Shown piece after piece: positions 40,565 through 51,722 of a stretch of 64,000 nt of DNA. The notes beneath the pieces are model-generated. The model did no database searches. It was not told where the DNA came from and saw only the letters and a list, made by a program, of their open reading frames with translations. The stretch lies in NCBI GenBank assembly GCA_002633005.1, contig NMRA01000168.1, positions 713,188 through 777,187 of the forward strand, written 5' to 3'. The DNA is from Phoronis australis. Its lineage: Eukaryota > Animalia > Phoronida. Each line of letters begins with the position of its first letter. Within the stretch, counting starts at the first letter, position 1. A program made the translations under genes and the position numbers.

Positions 40565-41590
40565 ATGTTGCTCTACATTATGCAAATGGTTTCAAACGGT
40601 TATCGGGCTGATAAATCTGGCCGAACCTAAATATTTGATCGTGTGTAGCGGGGCTAATCCACAACTATACTTGTCTCACAGTGTATATTCATGATACATG
40701 GGGCTTACGTAGAATATTTTGCATCTGGTTTCACACGGTAACCTCTTGGATGGGTTTACCTCAAATTTTAGCCCTTCTTTAGTCGTCTGGTAGGAACACC
40801 GACCACTGAAATTGTCTGGCATCTTACCTTTGTGAAATGTACAGTGATACTGAGCATCGTGCAACTGGTTTTAAACGGTTACGTAGTGGCTTGTTCTATC
40901 TCGATTCAGATATTTGGACGTGTCTGGCGGGGCTAACCCACCACACATTTGTCTGGCAGTGTTTATTCGTGATACCTGCGCACACAGTGAATATTTTGGA
41001 CTCGGTTTTAAGCAGTTACCTCTCGGTTTGATCTAGCTCAATTAGCAAACCATTTTGATAATGGTCTGGCAAGGGCATCCCACCACTAAAATTGTCTGGC
41101 ATCTAACTGTTGTTCCATGTACAGTGATGCGGAACATAATGCAATTGGTTTCAAACGGTTACCTGGTAGATTGATCTAGCTCAACTCGAGTATTTGGGCG
41201 TGTCTGGCGGGGCTCACCCAACTCTAGATTTGCCTGACACTGTTCAATCGTGATACCGTGGCGCATGGTGAATATTTTGCGACTGGTTTCTTGCGGTTAC
41301 CTTCTGAGATGATCTAGCTCAAATTTTTACCTTGTTTATAACCGCCCGGCGGATACTCCCCACCAATGAAATTGTGTGGCATTGGCCAATTTTGATGCAG
41401 TGGAATACGCAGTAGGTGTCCAAGGCAGTTTGAAGTGGTTACCAGAAAAGACGATCTAGCTCAATGTTTGAGTGCCATTCTCTTGGCTCCCCTGACCACA
41501 CTCACCAAAGCGAACCTGCCAGACCGCCGTTTGCAAGCGTGAGGATACCCATCTAGCACGGAAAGAAAATCGGTTACCTTTGCATGCCCA
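40565..41590. repeat. Diverged tandem array, ~140-bp monomer, ~280-bp A/B dimer, 7-8 units
   Basis: Anchor TGGTTTCAAACGGTTAC variants start at 40587, 40726, 40866, 41003, 41146, 41284 and 41426; recurring GATCTAGCTCAA and GTCTGGC. Confidence 0.9.
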
Positions 41591-41933
41591 AAAATCTCTG
41601 GGATCCCGGTGTATTTATATGAAATTTGTTCATCATATACTACTCAGTGGAGTTTTGATATGTAGCGTCACTTTATTTTTACTACGGAGCCATTTTTTCA
41701 AATTACTTAACTTGTGATACTAAATGTAAGCCTTCTCGTCATATGCACGTGATATGAATAACATATGATAATTACATACTGATATATTCAGCTGCTTGCT
41801 TGTATCGTGCTCAATAACTCAGGTTTTGCTTGTTGGATCTGACTGAATGTTTATTGTTATTGATTACCTTTATGTAAGTTAATAAACTTATTTAATTTTC
41901 TGAAGTAGAGTGACATGTTGTCAGAAATTGTAA

Positions 41934-42104
<171 letters not shown>

Positions 42105-42559
42105 TGAAATTAACGTCAACATGTTAACTGTCTTCTAAAAACAATTGTCGCGTGGATACTTAGCAACCTCATCCCTGTTCTAGATATTTCGTCTTTTATT
42201 ATTAGTTTATTTTCAACATATAAGGCCTTGGCCCACATGTTACATAAAATTTACAGGATGACGTCGAGCAGCTTTTCCATGAGGGCTGTGGCGTGAAATA
42301 CAAATTTCATTAGATTAATCTGGGCAATACGCTCCGACATTTTCATCAGCTTTAGAAATTGATGTTTATTTGGTCCCCACCAGCACCGTTCAGGTATAAA
42401 TGCAGTTCTCAGAGAACAGTACTTTTTGCAAACATATATGAAATGGTAATCATCTTCAACAGACTGAAACTGCTCACACGGTATTTTTGATCCACCAGAG
42501 CATGTCTACATTTTTACAGCATCAATTTTCAGACCCAGTAATCCAATATAGTTTTGCAA

Positions 42560-43190
42560 CTACTGTGTTGTATAAGACCAGACACACCAGGTTGTGAGAT
42601 ACATTGTCTCACCCGGCACATGTTGGGACTTTTGGAATATTGTAACACTTGTCAGCCGGGCGACAGCATGACCCGGTGCGACAAAATATGACGTCAACGT
42701 CTGTACATTATCACCCCGGTTACGGTATGTGTGGGATGCGAAAATGTGTGCACTGAACTCTGGCACGTATAGTTGCCCCAAATTGTAATAAGAAATAGTC
42801 TGCTTAACAGCGCTTTTGGCAAAGAACACGGATCCAGAGTCATCGGCTGGCCCTAGAAATTGGGTGAAAATCCGGGCAATAAACCGATGTCGACGACATA
42901 TATTTCTTCGGTGGGTCATATTTTGTGGCACTCTCTGTACATCGAAGCCCGAGCGACAATACTTGTCCAGTGTAACAGTTCGTATGACAAAACAAACAGT
43001 CGAGTGGTTATGGCAGTTATGATCCAGGTTTGCCAGACAGAATATGATGGTGTAATAACGATAGTCGTGTATTCGGGGAAGTGTCCTCATATTCGCAACC
43101 AGCAGAACAAGTGCAGTTTTCAACTAAATGGCCATCACATGTGCAGGAAGATTTCGTTCATCAACATGTAAACTGTACATCTACAGGTAT
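42560..43190 (+). mobile_element. Possible Sola-type transposase remnant
   Basis: ILVQCNSSYDKTNSRVVMAVMIQVC...ITIVVYSGKCPHIRNQQ aligns by eye to L.LQ.DN...NKN..V.A....L......V....GHTH..DQ; upstream CNTC. Confidence 0.4.
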
Positions 43191-43494
43191 GGTAGTACAT
43201 GTAAGACCTTAATAATAGTGTACGTTATCATTCTATCCTATGAGTTGAAGGGTACTGTTATGTGCTTTTAAGTTGAAAAAACTATCGGTGTTGTGCCAAA
43301 GAGACAAAAGGATCACCTGGACAAAATCGTTTCATACCTGCTGGTGACCTTTGCACTCCGAAATCCTATTACTAATGCCCCAAAATATTTGACGTTTTGT
43401 GCGTTACCATGGCAGTAAAATTCGTGTGCGTGCAATTGCAGCATCATTGCGATTTTTTAAAATTATTTTCTTTCATAGCTATTGGTGATTGTAG

Positions 43495-43656
43495 GTTGGC
43501 TTCAATGACGGGGACGGCAGTAACTACTTTTCAGTGAATGGTTCTTTAACAGAGCGAATAATAAATCTGCCGACCATGACGAACTGTGGAATTCCGGGAA
43601 AGTTCGTTTTCCAAATAGATGGAGCAGCAATTCAGGGATCGGGNACAGGCAAATAA
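43495..43656 (+). CDS. NIDO protein, exon 5 (ends at TAA, or at a GC donor after 43648)
   Basis: tgtAG|VGFNDGDGSNYFSVNGSLTERIINLPTMTNCGIPGKFVFQIDG...GSGTGK*; completes the NIDO domain. Confidence 0.88.
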   Translation, partial: VGFNDGDGSNYFSVNGSLTERIINLPTMTNCGIPGKFVFQIDGAAIQGSXTGK

Positions 43657-44622
43657 TGTCATTTTTAAAGGACACTACTCTTACGGTAGGTTTGACACGA
43701 ACACGTGTAAGTGAGCTGTTAATACTCCTAACAATGATACAGCGACGCTTGATTTTATAGTAAACTTTCGGCTCAGGTGTGAATTTGGGAAATCTGAAAG
43801 GGGGCACTTGAAACTGCTTGAATGAAAAAGTGTAACGAATTCCTTATTTTAGTGTGATCACGGGCGCAATTAATTAACAATGTTATAATGCGACTGCACA
43901 AAAAAACCTGCCTCATAAGCAACTTGGGCTTGGTAATTAGTCGTCTATTTTAAGTATTCAATGGACATCACACACTTTCATTCTAAATTTTGGCCGACTA
44001 TTGAAGACTCCAGTTACACAGCGCTATTACCAATGGCATAACTTTAAGAATTTAAGATTATTAGCATCATCAACGTGAACGGCAAGTGAAAGACCGCTAT
44101 ATTAATCTATAGGACGTCTACCCCAAACATTTTCGTAGAAATTAACCTGCTGTGTTGAGCTCCTCATATCAAATTAACACACTGCTCACACTGTCAATTG
44201 GTAAAACATGTTGCCTTTGTCTCATATGGGAAGATTATCTGCTCTTGATGGCGCATATATGAACGTTAGACTTCCAGAAACAACACGTTTGTATCCGTGA
44301 AGGTCTCGACTTCTTGAGCAACACATTTAAACTGCCCCGTGACTTTAAATGCTGTGCATTTCCCTAAGCTGAACTGTCTATGAAACCTTAAACATACGCT
44401 GGGTATTTAGGATCAGGGCAAGATAAAATGGTTTGTTGCAAAAGAAATTACCACCAGTACTTATAGCAATAACGTAGCATTTTAAATGTATCATTTAAAG
44501 TAATTTTCGCTTCTGAGAAGCTAAGGATTTCCGTTGGGTTTTACAGAAGCGCTGATTTACCAAATAATGGACAGCTTTTTTCAGTTCAAATTGAGGTAAA
44601 AATGCAATTACGGTTCTTGCAG

Positions 44623-44792
44623 AAAACATAGCAAGATATTCGCCGAAGCTTGAAAGGATGCAGCCGGACCATTGGACGTTTAAGTACAAACGAACCAATC
44701 ATCATGAAAAGCTTAAACTTCGCTGGGACGCGCGAGAAGTGAAGGATATTTTAGGATGCGAGACTGGTCGTCTAGATTTATTTGCCATCAAC
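44623..44792 (+). CDS. Candidate exon 6 of the NIDO gene (SUSD2/mesh-like linker region)
   Basis: ttcttgcAG acceptor, perfect GTAAGT donor, open frame ENIARYSPKLERMQPDHW...LKLRWDA...RLDLFAIN; phase 1 fits a donor after 43648. Confidence 0.5.
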
Positions 44793-47700
44793 GTAAGTTG
44801 AGTTACATTGACTTATGTTGCGTATTTCACAACCTAGTACTTCTCCGGGTGCATGTTTGAGCATGACTACTTGCAGATTTGCAAGCCTCCTTTCACGGTG
44901 AAACAGTCTTTACAGATCAAATTCGCAGATAAGTGCGTGGGTTCAGTTAATAAATCGAGAAGCAAAACGGGGACGTATGTGCCAACCCAAAGTCTCGCGA
45001 GTTAAGCTAGTGCGATCACGCAATTTGGTTGCATCAGATGGTGATGTATCTCGAATTTTTGCATGGTTTTGCACCTTTGCAAGATTCTTTTGTCTGCGAA
45101 ATGCGCCCCTGGTGCTTTACTACAAATGAGGATTTTCGAAAGAATCTCTCCGAAAAAGAAAATATTGTGACATTGCCGAGAGTAGGAATGTGTACCGTCA
45201 ACATCTACACATATTTTCTGCACTGGATTGACTGTGACGCATCCAGGAAATCAACCGGCTAAGACATTTGGCGAAGACTAATGAATGCAGGCAGTGTCAT
45301 TCGGGGAACAGTATGGGTGGTAATCATATTGAGACAACATGTCTCGCATCAGAGAACCCATGAGATATTTTCCAGAAATCCAGTTGCTAAACTCCTCCAC
45401 CAAAGCTCTTTCATAATAGTTTCATATCTAGCTCAATGATTATTAAAATGTTCTTAATTTGTTCAAATATTTGAGTTGACCATCTATCTACGAAAGCGCT
45501 AGCTAAGACGTTTTACATTAGAGTACATATCCTGAACGCTCAAGGTCTTGTTCTAACTTCAGCAACGATTAGTACGCTGCGGTCGGTGATACGAATTTTT
45601 GAAAGGCAATCTCGCCATTTTCCGAAGCTTTAAAAGAGGCCGGAAATACATGTACATGTTTCAGCATTTTAATATGAATTTTGATTACTGGCATCCACAT
45701 ATTCCTAAATAGTGCATAGTATTTTTCTTTTTTACATTGAAAAGTAACATTTTTAGTTCCGTAAAGCCCCACTGCAAGCGCCGTTTTTCGTGACGTCACT
45801 GAGGCTATAAAGCACAAAAAGGTATAGTTCATTAGCCGTGCAAGTACGTAGTCCAGTCCACAGATCAACATGTGCATACTCACAACCTTTTTCGTTTTTC
45901 TTTTGTGTGACTTTGATTCATCCCAGGGCCTAACTAGCTGTATGAAGACTACAAATAGGTACCAGTAGCGCTGTGTCTTGCAATCCGCTATATTCCGAAA
46001 ATTCACATAGCCCGGGAAGTTCCCCTTGTCATCTCGTCGCGAAACGTGTATCAATATGTAGAGCTCTACACCGTCAGGGGAGCGTGCAAATATCTGGGAG
46101 TCAACCGACACTCACCTAAGTAAAAACGATCTAGTAAACGTTATTTTATTTTATTTTATAATTTTTAGCCTTTTGTATCAAAAAACAGTACGCTCAACAC
46201 ACGCTATTAGTTCCTAAAAATTTGCGACATCTGTCGGGAAATGATGACAGCTTCGCAGGAGCAAATTTTTCATCAAATTCGATTTCCTGGTATTGAAATA
46301 CTAAAAACTTGTAAGGAAATGAAATCAGTCCTAGTTATTTGTTGTGACATGTATACAACTTCGAAGAACAGTTCGCTTGAAGGAACAACTCGGTGAACGA
46401 AACTGGCCAATAAGGCAACAGGTGACTTCACCGAAAGCCGACCTTAAGGTAGGTGGATACACAAACAAATTAATTTTGACTGTTTTTTACATTTTTCATA
46501 TCATCTTAATCTTCAATTTTTCATGCACAGTATACTGAAAAAAAATAAAGCCATTTTGAGAATACAAAGTTTTTTTTAAATTATATTTGTCCAAGCTTCA
46601 GTAAGTCATATGGCTTGAGTGCTCAACAGCTCATTGGCTGACAAGTGGAGCGGAGCTTATACCAGGACACTAGCTCTAATCTAATCCTGTCAACAGACAT
46701 TGCGTAACCGGACAATCGAGAGTGCTGTACCCGCCAGCTGATATTGATGTTTTGTAGCAAGGTCAAAAATAAACTAATTCTATTTTTGACCATGTGAAAG
46801 TTGGTGGTGGAATGGTGAACTGGTTCCTGTTCCGAACCTGAGCCTGTTTGTCCATCTGCAAAAAAATAATTTGAGTACGCCAAGTTCTACTGAAGCCAAC
46901 ACTGCACTCAGCTTGAGGAGTCAGTGCAGAAACTGTGCGTGTGCAAGAGAAGTCGGAAAGGCGAGGTGGCTTGCGAGAGGACGCTGAGCGTCGACGTGGG
47001 TGGTGTTGCACGATTCTATGAGAGTGCATGCATGCACGCGCTGTGAAGACACGCCGCGTTCGAGACAACTACATGCCTTCAGAGTAGAGTTTTTGGAGAT
47101 AAACCGTGCTTCTGTGCTAGGAACCCGCCATGGAGAAACTAGGCTGCCAAACTCAGGGGATTTTTAACTTGCCGCCGGCCGTAACCCAAAGAATTAGTGA
47201 AATGACCTAGTTTCCAACATAACAAAATTGTTCTCGTGCATAGATTCAAACGTATTCCCGAACTAAAACTCATGATATTATACGATTTTAGTGGAAAGCA
47301 ATATCAGAAAATTTTGTAACTTGAGAATCTCACCCAAGCGACGCTATTTTTGCTGAAAGTGCTATTTTCATCCCAAAGTCCATTCGGTCAAAATGTTGGC
47401 GGCACAGGCACGTGAAAATCATTACGATGAAAGTAGTTCTTTATCCTCGTCGCCAATATTGTTATGTAGACAGTAACGAGGCGATTTGATATAACACATA
47501 CGTGAATGTTGGTTGATGAAGAGATGGTAACTACATACATGTATAATATTGGAATACTAACAAACAGGTCTATGCAATACAGTTAGAGAGTCTTTTATCA
47601 CTCTGAGTGGAGGATTCAGATGAGTCGCGTGTGTGGGCGGCACACCAGTACAGCAGACAATAGATCAACGCTAAGCTCCGCCCACGACAGCCATATTTGT

Positions 47701-48650
47701 TTTGGTCGTATGTCGTGCTCCACAAGATCGCTATAATGATTAAAATTACGCTATAAACAAACATGTATACACCATTTTCTAAACATGAAGTAAATATCAG
47801 CTTTATTTCTAGTACATCAACAAAAACTTGAACAGAATGACCGCGCATTCTGAACGAATTTTGACCTCAAATAGCAATCGAAGCCCGCTTAACTTCAAAG
47901 CCGTTTTTCTCGGCTCGGGCCTATTTTTCCGCAACACGTGGGTCACTTTTTTTACAAAATTTGTAAATTTGAAATCCTCTAGGACTGAAGCAAAATCGCG
48001 TGCCAGGGTTTTTTGATACATGGACCAGATTTTTAGTTATTAGACGGAAAATGACCAAATGACAGAAAGTGACGTGCTTGCCCCAACTCACACGCAAAAA
48101 AGCCACGAAATCAATATTATAATGATTGTGTACATATATCTGGTATGTATAAGTAGAATATTGCGTAAGGAAACAGTTGGTGATAATCCCTGTGCTGAGA
48201 GGCATTCAACCAATGAGCTTTATACCTAATATGCTTGATTTATCTTATTGCCTTCACCTACTGTATGGTACAGCCACAGTGACGTCAGACGCGCGTTAGC
48301 CAATAGGACATAACAATAAATTACAGCAAAAAACATGTTGTTGTACTTCAGGAACCTTTTAACAAAAGATATGTTACCGACAGGACACCGGAGAATTTTT
48401 CCGAAAATCTTGGCAAATTGAATGATTAATGAGACGGTGTGCGATAAACTGGTTCTTCCTATTACACTGACGAGAATGTCACGGTGCCAAAATAGATCAT
48501 CAGTCTAACCACCGCTTTTAGCCTGGGGGAGCGTCCACAGAGCAACAAATCTGTCCTGCGGACAATTTTTACAGCAGTGACTTCAGAGGACTACATTTCT
48601 CAAGTTACAACTTGACTTCCACCAGTGACAATATTCACCATGTGCCTACA

Positions 48651-51600
48651 TAGTCCTGTCATTCTCGGGCTCCAGAGGGCCCAACCTAGAAAAAATTGCA
48701 ACAGAAGGTTTTCCTACATAAATGGCATCTTCAAGCATCCCTTGGTGTCAGAAAAAAATCTACCGAAATCGGAGTGGCGGAAGTCGGTTTTTCAAGATGG
48801 CAGAACCAATGACTGACAAAACCGGTGTTTACTGTTTTCTGGCATATTACTTTTATGTAACAGCTAAAAATAAAACAATACATTTTGTCATAGATTATGT
48901 ACTTTTCATAACAGGCATACCAATCAAAAGATGCCAATTTTCCGTAAAATAAAACCAACATGGTCGACAAAATGGCGACCGAAACGGCAATTTGGAACAT
49001 GTTGCAAGATTTCTTTTTATATTTTGCCCTGACAATGGCAAAAGTTTTATTCTTTTGTATGTTGGACAATTTAAAATATTTGGACTTTACAATTGGTCAC
49101 TGGTTTGCGAGAAAAAAATCAAGATGGCTAACAAAATGGCCGCCAAATGGCTGCCAATTCACAAACCCCAATTTACCGTATTTACGTTCTACAAACTTTG
49201 CTTGTAACCTGATACGCATTTACACAAAACATTTTACAATCTACAGTCAGGGTTAATGATACTAAATTTTAATCACATTTTAGATTATATAACATGAAAG
49301 TTGGTGTGTTTTTCAGAAAAGGCTTTAATTAAATTTTCATAATATATTTCACAAACTCAATTATTTTTCTGAAAAATATATTCATTCGAGGTATCAAAAT
49401 AATATTTGTTAGGAAAACATGTTATTCTGGTGGAATTATTGGCTTATTCATTACACAAACCCTTAATAAAATTGGGCAGGAAGTGGCTTGTTTTGCTATT
49501 GGAGATACATTATTCATTATTCCCAAGCATCAAGTTCGTCTGCTGCTAGTATTGAGAATTTGACTGCTGACTCCACCTGAATTTGATGAAAAGCCAATAG
49601 GATTGTGTAACAAAAAGTTATAAATCGAGTTTTAATCATTAGGACTCACAATTTGTTTAATATGCATGCTTTTTATGAACATAGGTAACTGATTTTAGAG
49701 GAAATTAGTGCCAGCAAACAAAACGACAGTGATCTGCAGTCACTTGTTCTTAGCCAGGCTTGGAAGATTTCATACTCCGAGATGAGCTTTCTGGAATGTA
49801 TTGGATACGTAATGTCAAGCACAGGGCTTCAAAAAGTTCTTGAGACGGTGTATGCATCAAGCAGTGTGATCCTTGTGTTAAATGGAAAAAGTGTGGATAG
49901 AGCAGTGAGGGGGCATATGTTGGTAGACTCAGCACTGAATGTTATCATAAAAGCCAGAATATTCAACATCCTACATGTACTTCCAAATATTGACAGAACA
50001 AGTAACGCTAATCCAAAACCAATGAAGAAAGAAATTCAGGTTCTTCAGAAATTCCAGGAGTCCAGAATGTCACAACAGAACACACAGATTCCATGTCAAG
50101 AGGTTGAGCTGTTTAATGTTTGTACACACATTTTGGCTCGTCAGAATATGGAGACAGATTCTTCAGACATCCCGGACATCCCAACTGATCACATAAGTAG
50201 ATGTGTACTCTGGGGCATGCCATGCCCAGCCATTTTCGTCCGATTCTGAACCTTGGATTACAGTGGAGTTCACTTCTGGCTTCCAACCTGCTGCCATTGG
50301 TATATTCAAACACGACTGAATCAGAGTATAGGTCTTCAGAATTCGCAGTGACAGAGAATAGTTCGTCAGAAGAATCAACGGCCAATGATATACTTCATGA
50401 TGATTTGAGAGCTGGTCTGAAGCGGTATGATGATCTTATTGCTGGCATGACCTCTGTGTGCGGCGATGTATGCTCGTCGGGAGTGTTTTGTGGGTAACCA
50501 TAAAAATGGAAGCACATAGATCAGACTTGAGCTTGCAAAGTCGAATCATTAGTCTTTGGCTACAGTACATGGAGATAAGTGACATCCTTCGACTTTTTTA
50601 ATAGCAGAAATAACGTCATATTGGGAGCTTCACCTAAAAGCAGTTTCTGAAATGCTGCCTTACTTTGCAGCTGCTGGTCACAACTGCCTTATGCAAAATC
50701 TTCATACATATACATGTACTTGCAGCAGACATAGCAACTCAAAGACACCCGTCCAGATGTCTACGGCCAACACACCATAAGACAAAGTGAAAGATTCTGG
50801 GCAGGCTTGTCATAATGAGATATGATCTTGTAATTGAACAAACGCTCATGAAAAGCATTAAAACCACAGGAAGTTTGACTAGAGGTTGCGGAATGGGAGA
50901 TACACAGAGTGCACCATGGCTGCCTCCTTGCCGGCATGCTTACGTATAAATGGTGACATGCAGACTGTGACAAACTTGAGTTGTGATACAAGCCAGCACC
51001 ATAAAGAATGTACCCAGGCAAGACCGTCGGGTGACGACAAAGACATCCGCAGCCTTGTTGAATTCCTCCACAACAGTAACCCATTTTAAAGAGATACATT
51101 GCAGAACATTGCCACTGGTGTGACTGTAGGTACATGCGTCGGTGCCAAAAATGCCAGAGAAGAGGGGAAGGCTATTCATTTGCCTATGTAAAGGTCAAGT
51201 ATGAAAGACTTCACATTCAGAAAGAAAGTCAAGGTTGTGGCAATGACAATTCAATCAGTTCATGCTGCTAAATGTGGACCCACGACTGCTTTTTCAGTGA
51301 ATCCTGACAACTGCAAAACACAACCGTGAAAGTTCATCAAGCCTTTTGAAGTTTGAGCTGTGTGTTGGTTCCCCTGCTTTTTTGGATACATTTCGTCTTC
51401 CCAGAGTCGCTTATAAATCAATATGAGCTGATGCACTCCGGGTCCACTGGGGGACTACCTAAGGATTTCAATTTCCAGAAAACACGGTGTTGCATGTAAT
51501 CGACAGCGGTTCTCTCCTTCACCGTATTCCATGGCCTTGAGGTGCAAAGTTTCAGTCATTTGGTAGACCTTATGCGGATTACATCAGCACGTGCACCCAG

Positions 51601-51722
51601 CCTTAAGTGTTGTTTTGATGGTTACTGAGATGGACCATCAACTAAAGATTTTTGTCATGTTCGAAGACTGGGTGGGGTGGGTGGAACTGAAGTTCACTTC
51701 AATGGTGACATGGTGAACGGTG
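48651..51722 (+). mobile_element. Academ-like DNA transposon, 3' truncated, with decayed transposase
   Basis: TAG-starting end with AA(A/G)ATGGC subterminal repeats; FHT.MSFLECIGYVMSSTGL...YA...GKSVDRAVRGH, WELHLKAVSEMLPYFAAAGHN, FWAGLS..DLVIEQTLMKSIK, VIDSGSLLHRIPWP, VVFDGY..GPSTKD; many stops and frameshifts. Confidence 0.8.

Noticed and set aside
40565-41590. CRISPR array or repeat-protein interpretation of the tandem array
   Set aside because: Eukaryotic intron, no cas genes, repeats not identical, spacers homologous to each other, and no sustained reading frame.
45569-46111. 180-aa ORF with an SPDG motif (YqaJ-like)
   Set aside because: Lacks the following E.K motif, and the rest has no recognisable similarity.
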